DNA of 64,000 bases, taken from IMG/VR virus record IMGVR_UViG_3300020576_003089, positions 11,233 to 75,232 of that record; one strand, written 5' to 3'. Position 1 is the stretch's first letter. The number at the start of each line of letters is the position of its first letter. The notes below the pieces were generated by a model that saw only the letters and a list, made by a program, of their open reading frames with translations, ran no database searches and was not told where the DNA came from. The translations under genes were made by a program, and so were the position numbers. The stretch comes from a virus (Duplodnaviria; Caudoviricetes). This document shows, one piece after another, positions 19,969-29,472 of this stretch.

Positions 19969-21561
19969 TTACCCTAAAAGCCATTTAATATCTTCAGCTT
20001 GACCATTTACATTCATTACATAAGGATTTGTTGTGTTTTGTAATCCTATATTATTAAAAGTTGGATATAAATCAGTATAAACGTCTTGAGTTATTCCTGA
20101 TATTGCGGCTCTTGTTAATTTTTGATGTTGTACATTAAACTTTAATGCTGTATCTCTTATGAATAATCCTATTCCTAAAGATATTACTAAATCATCATTA
20201 TAACCTGATTGAGCTTGTGCTTTACCATTATGCCAAATAAATACTCTTAGTTCTTCTAATAAACGTTTAGAATGAAATATAAAACTCTTTTCACGAATAT
20301 ACGACTCCATTTTTGAGATAACAAGAGGTCTTGTTTTTGTAGAATTTGTAAAACCTGGTATTGTTTGATCACTTTCCATTTTATCTATGTATTTATCCAT
20401 TGTCATTTCCCCATATGATCTTGGTGAAAAATACATATTTGTATATCCTCTTTCAAGAACTGTTTGAACAACATCCCAACCAATATTTGAATTCTCTATT
20501 ACTAATAAGGCATTGTTGTATTCAGTTGCTACTGAAACTAACATATGACCATATTCTCTAGTTCCTATTTGTGATTTATATTCAGCAACTTGCTCACAGG
20601 CTTCTACATCTATAACATGAAATGCTGAATAATCACCTCCATCTCCACGTGAAACGTCAGCTACAACTATATAATTTTTACTAAAATCAACATATTCCCA
20701 AATCCAAAAATCATTACCCATAAATCTACGTTCTATTGGTTCACGGATATAATTTTCTTCATAAAATGCTAATAAACCTGATTCAACAACAGTATTACCA
20801 GAACCTAAAAAGTCACAATCATATTCTTGTGCAAATTCACGTATACTCATGTTGTTTTTTTCTTCTTGATACCATTTTTCATCTCTATCAGGATGTAAAT
20901 TCCATTTTAATTCAATTTTATGAAAATCATTGGGTTTAGGTAAATCATTATACATCCTATGAAACCAATTACCAATTCCATTTGGTGAAGATAATGCTAT
21001 AATAGATCCTCCGGTTGCAATTGTTGGTTTAATTGAAGTATAAATTTTATCAATACCTTCAATAAACGCTGCCTCATCAATAATTAACAATGATACAGCG
21101 TAAGAACGACCTGTATCACTAGATGCTGATGTTGCTATAATTTGAGAACCATTTGCTAATTGTAAAGATAATTTATTATTTGATAAAGGTTTTTTATTAC
21201 CTTTTAACCAACTTGGTAAATTTTGGAACATAAATTGTACCTTATCAACCATTCCTTTAGCTGTTTCTTGTTTAGTAGCTATACATAACACGGTTTTATC
21301 TTTTTGAAATAACATAGTATGTAAAGCATAACCAGCTGCTAAAGTGGATATACCTAACTGTCTAGATTTATTAATTATATTATATCTATTAGTTTTAAAA
21401 TCATGTAATACATTTTCCTGAAATGGATATAAATTAAATAACATACGCCCTTTTTTAGGGTGTGATATATAACAATATTTTTTCATAAAATGTATAGGAT
21501 CTAAAGCACATTTAATATATTCTTGCTTTATTACTTCCTTTATTTGATCATTATTAGTCAT
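19969..21561 (-). CDS. terL: Terminase large subunit (T4 gp17-like)
   Basis: KSRQLGIST Walker A, LIIDEAAF Walker B, SSPNG, VVADVSRG, NDDLV; start moved to MTNND at 21561. Confidence 0.97.
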   Translation of the reverse strand: MTNNDQIKEVIKQEYIKCALDPIHFMKKYCYISHPKKGRMLFNLYPFQENVLHDFKTNRYNIINKSRQLGISTLAAGYALHTMLFQKDKTVLCIATKQETAKGMVDKVQFMFQNLPSWLKGNKKPLSNNKLSLQLANGSQIIATSASSDTGRSYAVSLLIIDEAAFIEGIDKIYTSIKPTIATGGSIIALSSPNGIGNWFHRMYNDLPKPNDFHKIELKWNLHPDRDEKWYQEEKNNMSIREFAQEYDCDFLGSGNTVVESGLLAFYEENYIREPIERRFMGNDFWIWEYVDFSKNYIVVADVSRGDGGDYSAFHVIDVEACEQVAEYKSQIGTREYGHMLVSVATEYNNALLVIENSNIGWDVVQTVLERGYTNMYFSPRSYGEMTMDKYIDKMESDQTIPGFTNSTKTRPLVISKMESYIREKSFIFHSKRLLEELRVFIWHNGKAQAQSGYNDDLVISLGIGLFIRDTALKFNVQHQKLTRAAISGITQDVYTDLYPTFNNIGLQNTTNPYVMNVNGQAEDIKWLLG

Positions 21562-21591
21562 ATATATAAATATATACAAGAAATTTTAAGC

Positions 21592-21620
21592 AGAAAGAAA
21601 CCCATACTTTCGTATGGGTT
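21592..21620 (-). terminator. Rho-independent terminator upstream of terL
   Basis: Minus strand AACCCATAC-GAAA-GTATGGGTT-TCTTTCT. Confidence 0.8.
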
Positions 21621-21641
21621 AAGTAATTTTAATTAATTATT

Positions 21642-21998
21642 TTATAAGTTAGTTCCAGTTGGTTCATAATAATAAAGATCTTTTCCATTTATATTTATTT
21701 TACTCCAATCAGCTAAATCAGCATCTTGAATATCTTGTTCTGTAGGTTCATGATCTATTAAACAAATTGAATCTACTGCTTCACCTATCCAAACTTGACC
21801 ATTTTCACCTTGAAATACTTCTTCATATCTCATATCCTCAGGATATTCATCTTCACCTATTATTTCATTTACAATTTTTTTTCTATTCAGTTTTATGAAA
21901 TTTAATAAATCTCTAGGATCATTAATAGTTATTTCGTTTAATGGACGAATACCTGCTAATTGCTGCATTCTATGTATTTCGTTTATTTGTTTTTTCAT
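21642..21998 (-). CDS. Cassette protein with RMQQLAGI and LNE leader
   Basis: MKKQINEIHRMQQLAGIRPLNEITINDP. Confidence 0.75.
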   Translation of the reverse strand: MKKQINEIHRMQQLAGIRPLNEITINDPRDLLNFIKLNRKKIVNEIIGEDEYPEDMRYEEVFQGENGQVWIGEAVDSICLIDHEPTEQDIQDADLADWSKININGKDLYYYEPTGTNL

Positions 21999-22000
21999 TT

Positions 22001-22369
22001 TTATTGTTTTATAATTAAAAATACAGCTAATACACCTAATAATGCTGAAGTTGATGTACCTAATATACGTCCTTTAATTTTAAGTAGTTTTTGTTTATTA
22101 ATTAATTTTTTGTTTATTTTTTCTAAATTATTAATTTCTTGCTTATAATTTATTTCTTTAGATTCATATAAATCAATTATTTGATCTTTAACAATAACTT
22201 TATTATTAGTTAATATTAAAGCATTATTTAAATATTTAACTTCATTAATTAATGAATCTTTTTGAATTAATTCAACTATAACTTTTTTAGCTATTGAATC
22301 TGGTAAATATGTTTGTGCTTTTGAATTTAAAAACATTAACATAGTTAGTAATGTTAATATATATTTCAT
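22001..22369 (-). CDS. Secreted/membrane coiled-coil protein, possibly spanin-like
   Basis: Signal peptide ending SKA|QT, coiled coil, C-terminal hydrophobic helix. Confidence 0.5.
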   Translation of the reverse strand: MKYILTLLTMLMFLNSKAQTYLPDSIAKKVIVELIQKDSLINEVKYLNNALILTNNKVIVKDQIIDLYESKEINYKQEINNLEKINKKLINKQKLLKIKGRILGTSTSALLGVLAVFLIIKQ

Positions 22370-22788
22370 ATTGATTTATTTACTGATGATTGAATATGTC
22401 CATTTGATAACTTTTCACATTTAATTTGAATTATTAATACTTGATCTTTTACAGATGACAACCTATCAACTATATTATTATAAGATAAAACCATATCCAT
22501 ATATATAATAAAATCATGATCCATATATTCATCATTTTCATTTTTCTTAGGCACATATCCTGATAAATATAATGGATTTTTTAATAAACCTTCTATTTGT
22601 TTTGTTAAATTTCTATCAAATAAAATTATAGTTATATTACCTACATAATTAGTTCTCATATTTTGAGAATATTGAGCTAAAAACCCATTAATTATTCCTA
22701 ATATATTATAATTATTTAACCACCATTTAACATTTTTTTCTATAGGTTCGTTTAATGATTCTTTAATTAAATTTAATAACTTTATCAT
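22366..22788 (-). CDS. Cassette protein with variant leader
   Basis: MIKLLNLIKESLNEP. Confidence 0.65.
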   Translation of the reverse strand: MIKLLNLIKESLNEPIEKNVKWWLNNYNILGIINGFLAQYSQNMRTNYVGNITIILFDRNLTKQIEGLLKNPLYLSGYVPKKNENDEYMDHDFIIYMDMVLSYNNIVDRLSSVKDQVLIIQIKCEKLSNGHIQSSVNKSI

Positions 22789-23102
22789 TGGTAGCGTTGT
22801 TTAAAAAATGAATCAATTTGATATGGTAAATATGTTGGTACTTCCTTTATTCTATCTTTATACACAACCCTATCTTTATAAATTATAACTGAAGCTATAT
22901 CTAATCTGCGATCTAATTCGTCTATTTCAAGTCTATGATATTGAACCATAGAATCTAACATTTTATTTTGATTTCTAAGAATAACGTTTTCAGTAGTTAG
23001 CTGTTGAACTTTTTTAGTTAAATCTTGTCTAGGCCAAAATATAAGTAATATTATTCCTAATATTGCTAAACCTAATAATATGTAAGGAAGTTTTTGTTTC
23101 AT
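22785..23102 (-). CDS. Membrane-anchored coiled-coil protein, possibly Rz/i-spanin-like
   Basis: N-terminal TM (YILLGLAILGIILLIFW) followed by coiled coil. Confidence 0.5.
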   Translation of the reverse strand: MKQKLPYILLGLAILGIILLIFWPRQDLTKKVQQLTTENVILRNQNKMLDSMVQYHRLEIDELDRRLDIASVIIYKDRVVYKDRIKEVPTYLPYQIDSFFKQRYQ

Positions 23103-23106
23103 TTAT

Positions 23107-23739
23107 TTAAATTATACTCCAAGTACCTGGTTCTGTTAAATTTTCTCTTAATTTATCTATTACTTCTTGTTTTTTTAACGCTGGAATAACATTTCCTGAT
23201 TTATTTAATTTAAAAATATTTAAAAATTCATTACCATCTTCATGTGATAAAGTTGGGTAAGCATATAAAGTATATCCATCGTTTTCTATTTTTATACATC
23301 CCATATCATGGGTTTTACTATAATCAACCAGATAATTAGCTAATTGAGGTCCATTATCAATATCATTAGTATCACCATTATTAATATTATAATATCCTGG
23401 TTTTATTTCCTTATATAAATCAACATCCCAACCATTATCATCAAATTCTTCTATTTTTACTTCTAAACTATTAAAACTATTTATATTAAAATTATCATAC
23501 CATTTATTAAATTTATTTAAATTAAATTTATCTAAATCAAACCCACTTATTATATCAGAAATATAATCATAATATCCTGCTCCTCCTGATCCTACTCCTC
23601 CTAATAATCCTTCATCAAATGAAATTCCAATTTCACCTAATTTAGTACCAATATCTGATAAATCATTTGGATCATTTAAGTCTAATTCATTTAATTTAAT
23701 TCCTGCAAGTTGTTGCATTCTGCGTATTTCGTTCATCAT
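23107..23739 (-). CDS. Cassette protein with RMQQLAGI and LNE leader
   Basis: MMNEIRRMQQLAGIKLNELDLNDP. Confidence 0.75.
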   Translation of the reverse strand: MMNEIRRMQQLAGIKLNELDLNDPNDLSDIGTKLGEIGISFDEGLLGGVGSGGAGYYDYISDIISGFDLDKFNLNKFNKWYDNFNINSFNSLEVKIEEFDDNGWDVDLYKEIKPGYYNINNGDTNDIDNGPQLANYLVDYSKTHDMGCIKIENDGYTLYAYPTLSHEDGNEFLNIFKLNKSGNVIPALKKQEVIDKLRENLTEPGTWSII

Positions 23740-23740
23740 G

Positions 23741-24835
23741 TTATTTTATTATACCTGCTCTTAATTTAAATTTTCTTATTAATGATTCATCTAATGTATC
23801 TTCAATATCATCTTCATCAAATTCAAATTCATCTTCAAAACTAAATTTATCATTATCTGATGTATTAGATTGTTTATAAGGTATATCACCTACTGCTTTA
23901 ATTATTTTATTATATAAGTTTTTTAAATGTCCTGGTAGTTTATGTTCTAACATTTCAATAATTGCACGTTGTACATCTAATTCTTCTTGTTTAATTAAAC
24001 TTGCATATTCATCTACTAAAACATCAACTTTTGAACCTGAATTCAAAACACGATTTCTTTCTTGAGAATAATAATTATCACTTACATCATCTTCATTAAT
24101 TGATTTTTTTACTTTAACACGAGACTGTAATTGACTATTAATTATTTTTTGAAGTAATCTATCATGTGTAAAGAAAAATTCTGCTGCTTTACTTCTAGCA
24201 TTAGAAGGAGCTATATATTGGTGTTTTGGTAAATCTGGTTCTACTTCATCGGGTTCGTCAAATTCATCCTTATCTTTACCTTTTGAAACATTAAAATATT
24301 GAGACAATTCATTATCTGAATCTCTTTCATAATCGTTTTCATCTTCTAAGTCTTTCTTCTCATTATCAAATCTATTTCTAGGTTTTGTTAAGGCTTCACC
24401 TGAAATAGGTTCAATTATTCCATATGGTTCTAGTACATCTTTTACAACTGGATTAAACATTTGTTGTCTACCAAATTTAGGATCACCTTTCATTTCCCCA
24501 TATGCTTTAGCTATATCTAATATTTGCCATTCTGGATTTTCACCTGCATAATCCAATATAAATTTAACAGTTTTACTATTTTGTACTTTATCAGGAGCTG
24601 CTAATAATTTTGCTCTCCAATCGTCTGCTAATTTATATTTTGAAGGGATTCTAGCCATTTCATCTAAATCTGCTTCTTTTAATTTGCGTCCTTGTGTTGT
24701 AGTTGCTGTTTTTATATTTGGATCGGTACGTAATGAATTTGAATCTGGTTCATTATTTACATATGTGGTTTTGCCCGTTTTATCGGTAACCATTGTTCCT
24801 TCTACTAATTTAGATAATATATCTAGTGTTCTCAT
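23741..24835 (-). CDS. Acidic putative head-internal protein with C-terminal scaffold-like tail
   Basis: Ends LDESLIRKFKLRAGIIK; internal LDEMAR and INEDD. Confidence 0.6.
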   Translation of the reverse strand: MRTLDILSKLVEGTMVTDKTGKTTYVNNEPDSNSLRTDPNIKTATTTQGRKLKEADLDEMARIPSKYKLADDWRAKLLAAPDKVQNSKTVKFILDYAGENPEWQILDIAKAYGEMKGDPKFGRQQMFNPVVKDVLEPYGIIEPISGEALTKPRNRFDNEKKDLEDENDYERDSDNELSQYFNVSKGKDKDEFDEPDEVEPDLPKHQYIAPSNARSKAAEFFFTHDRLLQKIINSQLQSRVKVKKSINEDDVSDNYYSQERNRVLNSGSKVDVLVDEYASLIKQEELDVQRAIIEMLEHKLPGHLKNLYNKIIKAVGDIPYKQSNTSDNDKFSFEDEFEFDEDDIEDTLDESLIRKFKLRAGIIK

Positions 24836-24837
24836 TC

Positions 24838-25374
24838 TTAATTTTTAAAATGTGCTAATAAATATTGCTCAATTTGAGAAATACGCTGTTCTATTGTTCC
24901 TTCTATTTTTAATAAATGTTTTGGTGGATATTCATCTAATATTAGATTAATTACATTATCAATTTTATCACGATAATCTGAATTAGTTTCTCGAACACCA
25001 TTATTTTCAATTTCTACACCTTTAGGTGAAACATATATAATTAAATCATAATCATTACGAAGTTCCATTACTAAATTAGTATATAATTCTTTTTGTTTTT
25101 GAGACATTGTTTGTGAGCTTAATGTGAATGCACATACGTCAAAGCACGTTCTATCTGTTATGATATTTTTATTCATTAATTCCAAGCTGCGTTCAGCAGC
25201 AAATACCAATTGACCTTTTAAAGTCGAATCTGTATTTAATGCTATACCTTGATCTCGTAAATATTTACTACGTTCTGTAGCGGTCTTATATTCTTTAAAT
25301 TGCTCTAACTTAGCTAATTCATTTACAAGTGTTGTTTTTCCACATGATATGGTTCCTGTTAATCCTATTTTCAT
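24838..25374 (-). CDS. AAA_28 / NadR-like P-loop kinase
   Basis: IGLTGTISCGKTTL, ERS, IITDR, YDLIIY. Confidence 0.8.
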   Translation of the reverse strand: MKIGLTGTISCGKTTLVNELAKLEQFKEYKTATERSKYLRDQGIALNTDSTLKGQLVFAAERSLELMNKNIITDRTCFDVCAFTLSSQTMSQKQKELYTNLVMELRNDYDLIIYVSPKGVEIENNGVRETNSDYRDKIDNVINLILDEYPPKHLLKIEGTIEQRISQIEQYLLAHFKN

Positions 25375-25508
25375 ATTAATCCTAAATTTTTATTACTCTT
25401 ATTTTTACATGAACTTTTATATTGATGTTTTCTAGCTGAAAAGTTTATAGATTGACCAATATATACTTTATTACTTGGACTCGTTATTTTATAAATTCCT
25501 ATGTTCAT
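25371..25508 (-). pseudogene. Truncated GIY-YIG homing endonuclease (45 aa)
   Basis: Hand translation MNIGIYKITSPSNKVYIGQSINFSARKHQY...LGLI*; ends before the catalytic Glu. Confidence 0.8.
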
Positions 25509-25756
25509 ATTAATTTTAACATTCGTGCACGCTGATATGAAACCATCTTACCATTTTGGGGATTTAAAAACTGTCGTTTTGTTAATGGTATATTAGATTG
25601 TTCTTTAACAATAATTTCATCTTGATGTTTATATCCTTTTGGATATATCACTTCTACTTCATAAGGTCCTGATGTACTTTTTGCTGGATCATATTTCCAA
25701 ACATCTATTGTTCCATCACTATTTGTGTATGAGAAATTTCCAGTTCTATTTATCAT
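25505..25756 (-). CDS. Hypothetical protein
   Basis: 83-aa ORF in tight operon. Confidence 0.6.
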   Translation of the reverse strand: MINRTGNFSYTNSDGTIDVWKYDPAKSTSGPYEVEVIYPKGYKHQDEIIVKEQSNIPLTKRQFLNPQNGKMVSYQRARMLKLI

Positions 25757-25943
25757 TTACTTCACTTTTTTTCTGTAACCATTCTTCTTTTGACATTTTA
25801 ATACCAAATAAATAATATTCAGCTTTTGTCTTATCACCTTCAGGTATATAAGCAGGAAATGTCCAACTATGTAATTTATTAATACCGTTTATTTTAATGA
25901 AATGACATACCGTTTTATTAGATGTTTTAACTTTATTATCCAT
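25746..25943 (-). CDS. Small protein with HxxxxPA...EYYL.G motif
   Basis: HSWTFPAYIPEGDKTKAEYYLFGIKMSKEEW. Confidence 0.6.
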   Translation of the reverse strand: MDNKVKTSNKTVCHFIKINGINKLHSWTFPAYIPEGDKTKAEYYLFGIKMSKEEWLQKKSEVNDK

Positions 25944-25970
25944 CTTTATAAGTTTTTATAAAATTACATT

Positions 25971-25983
25971 AAGAATTTTGACT
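25971..25983 (-). promoter_or_regulatory. AGTCAAAATTCTT element (candidate early/middle promoter)
   Basis: Same 13-mer at 35507 and 38314, 12-mer variant at 45953, each about 17-32 bp upstream of a non-structural gene. Confidence 0.6.
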
Positions 25984-25992
25984 TTACACAAA

Positions 25993-27960
25993 TTAGTTTA
26001 ATATATCTTTAAAATTAGATAATGAATATTTTATTTCGTTTATTTTATTTCTATTAATAAAACTGAATTCTACTTTACTTGGGTTTAATATTCTACTATC
26101 TTCTTCAACATTAGAAGGATAACCTGATATAATATTGTCACCACCATTTATTTTAGTTTCTTCTCCATTAATATATTTAAAAATATTTCCATTATCATCA
26201 GATAAAACCCATTTATAATACCCACCATCATCACCAGATAATGCTAAAGGAATTAATACAAAATCACCTTCAGGTAATGTGATTAAAAAGGGCATAGCAT
26301 ATTTAATAAAAATATAAGATGCATCATTTTTATCACCATATTTTTTAATAAATGATATTATTATTTTTCTTTCTTGAGATGGTAAATCTTTCCATAATTG
26401 ATATGTAATAGGAACTGGAGTTATTTTTGCCTCAGGCATGTTAGTAACTTTCTCTAGTTCTTTTTCAGATAAATTTTTAACTAAATTATAATCCCAGTTA
26501 GAATACAATTTATAAATTATGTTATATAATACTTTAGTTTTTTCATCTTCTATATACTTAGAAGCATATTTTGGAATATATGAAAATGTTTTTACCATAT
26601 TATTCACATATTTTGCGGCTGCATCTTCTCCAAAATATTTTAAAGCATATTCAAATGTGATATCTTTTTTCTCAAATAATTCAAAATATTTCAATTTATA
26701 AAATTCATCTAAAAATTGAATAAATGGTAAAGGTAATAAATCATTTACTTCCTTAATATCATTGTTTTTCTCATAAGAAACTAAATTTATTTTAAATTTA
26801 CGATCAGCATATCTTTTAGCTAAACTTTTTATTACTTCTCCATCAGAATTTTTTAAATCATCCATACTAGGTTTAAATCCTGAATTAATAGCTAATTGTT
26901 TTTGTTCTTTAGTACAAATTTTAAACATACCATTATCAAAAAATCCTACATCACTAGCTCTTTTTTGAATATACGCATTTTTTACTTCATTTGAAGCTTT
27001 AGCAAACGAATTTAAATTAAATCTACCATTAGAAGCAATATTTTCAATTTCTTCTGATTCAGGTGGTGCTATATATACAAATAAATTTTTTAAATCCTTA
27101 AGTTTATTCCATGCTTTTATACCACTTTCTTTACCATATTTAATCATATGTTTTCCAACTTCATCCCATGAAATTCCTTGTTTATTTCCATCATTTTCAT
27201 GACCTGTTCCATATTCATTAACAGCATCAGTAACACCAAATTTACCATTTTCAAACACGTGTATTACAAAGAAGTGATACCAATTTTTAAATTGAGGTTT
27301 TTTAGCTTCAGGATCATTCCATGTTTCAGCAGATTGTTCTGAATCAGCAACATAATAAAAAGTTCTGTATAAAGCACCTTGACCTGATTCACCACCAAAT
27401 CTATATCTAAAATATCTATTTATTCCTGGGTTTTTATCACCTATACAAAAATTATAATATTTATTTTCTCCATTTGTCCCTTTATATTTGTAAGCATAAT
27501 TTAATCTAATACATGCTTCTTTATTAGAACCTTCATAAACATATAATCCATTTCCACTATAAATTTTACTTACACCCGTAATATTTAATAAATGGGCATC
27601 CTGAACTGTATAAAAATCTTTAGATGATTTTTCTGCTTTTGTACCATATGAATCAAATAATATCTCCATATCCTTCCAAGTATATTTCATTATATCTTGA
27701 GGATTTTCTTGTCTTAATGGTTTTTCACCCATTCTTAGTTTCTTATCAGGGTCAGGAGGCATAAATTTAGGTGATAATGTTAAAGTTTTTGCTTGAATTC
27801 TTTTAACAATATTACTTTTAATTCTATCAAAATTATCTATAGCAGCACGCATTACTTCTTCAGTAACGGTACCTTTAGTTTCTTTAGTCCATTCTGCTAT
27901 TTTAAGTTTGATTACTTTATCTGAAAATTCTTTTAAATTCAGTAATTCTAATAATTTCAT
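25993..27960 (-). CDS. Large hypothetical protein with variant leader
   Basis: MKLLELLNLKEF; 655 aa; ends KINEIKYSLSNFKDILN. Confidence 0.7.
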   Translation of the reverse strand: MKLLELLNLKEFSDKVIKLKIAEWTKETKGTVTEEVMRAAIDNFDRIKSNIVKRIQAKTLTLSPKFMPPDPDKKLRMGEKPLRQENPQDIMKYTWKDMEILFDSYGTKAEKSSKDFYTVQDAHLLNITGVSKIYSGNGLYVYEGSNKEACIRLNYAYKYKGTNGENKYYNFCIGDKNPGINRYFRYRFGGESGQGALYRTFYYVADSEQSAETWNDPEAKKPQFKNWYHFFVIHVFENGKFGVTDAVNEYGTGHENDGNKQGISWDEVGKHMIKYGKESGIKAWNKLKDLKNLFVYIAPPESEEIENIASNGRFNLNSFAKASNEVKNAYIQKRASDVGFFDNGMFKICTKEQKQLAINSGFKPSMDDLKNSDGEVIKSLAKRYADRKFKINLVSYEKNNDIKEVNDLLPLPFIQFLDEFYKLKYFELFEKKDITFEYALKYFGEDAAAKYVNNMVKTFSYIPKYASKYIEDEKTKVLYNIIYKLYSNWDYNLVKNLSEKELEKVTNMPEAKITPVPITYQLWKDLPSQERKIIISFIKKYGDKNDASYIFIKYAMPFLITLPEGDFVLIPLALSGDDGGYYKWVLSDDNGNIFKYINGEETKINGGDNIISGYPSNVEEDSRILNPSKVEFSFINRNKINEIKYSLSNFKDILN

Positions 27961-27969
27961 TTATTTTAT

Positions 27970-28368
27970 TTATTTATAATTGTTTTTAAAATATAAAGTA
28001 ATATAAGGAGTATTTAATTTATATTTAAATCTAAATTTATCAGCTGCTTTTTTAAATATTTCTATTAAATCATCCTCATAATCCTTATATATCCAATGAA
28101 TAAAGTGAATCCCACTAATTTTTATTCTTCTCATAGAATTACCATTTTTTAATTTATATATATCATTATAATAATCTATTTTACCATAAGTGTTTTGATG
28201 ACCATTTAAACTTTGAATAAATTTATTTAATTGTTGAGGTGGAATAGGAAATTCTTTTAATATTTCATTTGTACAATAAATTAAAAATAATTTTAATTTA
28301 TCTTTATCATAAATATCAGAATTAGGATTAATTACTTCTAACTCATTCAGTAATTCTAATAATTTCAT
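27970..28368 (-). CDS. LNE-leader cassette protein
   Basis: MKLLELLNELEVINP. Confidence 0.75.
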   Translation of the reverse strand: MKLLELLNELEVINPNSDIYDKDKLKLFLIYCTNEILKEFPIPPQQLNKFIQSLNGHQNTYGKIDYYNDIYKLKNGNSMRRIKISGIHFIHWIYKDYEDDLIEIFKKAADKFRFKYKLNTPYITLYFKNNYK

Positions 28369-28372
28369 TTAT

Positions 28373-29467
28373 TTATTTTTTACAAACGTTAACAATTGTT
28401 ATGGCTTTTTCATCAAATATTATTCTAACTGAACCATTTGAATGGGTATTACCATCTATTCCTGATCTTAATAAAAATAAAGAAGCATCTTTAGGTGCAT
28501 TAGTTGAACCTTGATTTTTAAAATAATTTTCAATTTTATTGTATACATCAAAACCACTTAATGATGTTGTAAATTGAAAATTGTGATTTTCTTGTTTTGC
28601 TCTATTATTTATTTTATTAATCTGATTTTGAGGTACTCTATTATCTAAATCTAAATATTCATATTCTGATGGTTTTTTACCTTTATGTAATAATACAGTA
28701 TAAACATATTTCATTGGTTCTGTTTGAATCTCCATCCCTTTAATGATATCAATAAATCTTTTATATTCTTTTATTAAAGGTATATCATCTGGGTCTTCAT
28801 CTTCTTCTAATATTTCTATCATATCCTCAGCATATTCAATAAATTCATCTACTGTTTGTAATTTAGATGGTAATCTTTCAAATACTATACAATCATATTC
28901 AAATGCTAATTCATGTGGGTTTTTACCTTGAAAAAGTATCATTTTTTTACCACTATTACTCCCAACTCCAGCATAACCATTGGCCATATTAACGTCTTTA
29001 GCAAAATACAAACCCCATCCATACATTTGCATACCTGCACCTAAACCTATAGCTGCTGTTCTATAACATTTAAAATAATTAGAACCACCACCATAAAATG
29101 TTTCTTCCTCAGTTATAGGTTGTTTATTGTTATTTAATTTTTCTTGAATTTTAAATTTATCTTTCAAAATTTGTCTTAATTCTATTTGTTTATTCTTAGG
29201 TAATGATTTTATTTGTTGTAATATATGAGATATTGGTTTTTGGTCGTTATTAGAAGTTATTAACCATATATGGTTAGATCCATGTTGTTTAATGTAAAAT
29301 GGATAAGGTCTTTTTTTTAATCCTCTAACTGATAAACTACTCCATCTATTATCATCTTTTAACCTTTGAATTATTTCATTGAATTGGTTATCATTATCTA
29401 CTCGTATAGGTATTTTTATAGGAGGTTTATTAATTTCTAATTCTAATAAGTTTGTTAAATTAATCAT
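28373..29467 (-). CDS. Cassette protein with ADP-ribosyltransferase-like domain (ART-PolyVal type)
   Basis: MINLTNLLELEINKP leader; FKCYRTAAIGLGAGMQMYGWGLYFAKDVNMANGY matches the IGxGEGxQxYGWGLYF pattern; C-terminal LLRSGIDG...VRIIFD. Confidence 0.6.
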   Translation of the reverse strand: MINLTNLLELEINKPPIKIPIRVDNDNQFNEIIQRLKDDNRWSSLSVRGLKKRPYPFYIKQHGSNHIWLITSNNDQKPISHILQQIKSLPKNKQIELRQILKDKFKIQEKLNNNKQPITEEETFYGGGSNYFKCYRTAAIGLGAGMQMYGWGLYFAKDVNMANGYAGVGSNSGKKMILFQGKNPHELAFEYDCIVFERLPSKLQTVDEFIEYAEDMIEILEEDEDPDDIPLIKEYKRFIDIIKGMEIQTEPMKYVYTVLLHKGKKPSEYEYLDLDNRVPQNQINKINNRAKQENHNFQFTTSLSGFDVYNKIENYFKNQGSTNAPKDASLFLLRSGIDGNTHSNGSVRIIFDEKAITIVNVCKK

Positions 29468-29472
29468 GTTTC

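Noticed and set aside
19969-21561. Intein or intron in terminase, portal, capsid or primase genes
   Set aside because: Lengths and motif spacing look continuous, with no intein splice-junction signatures seen
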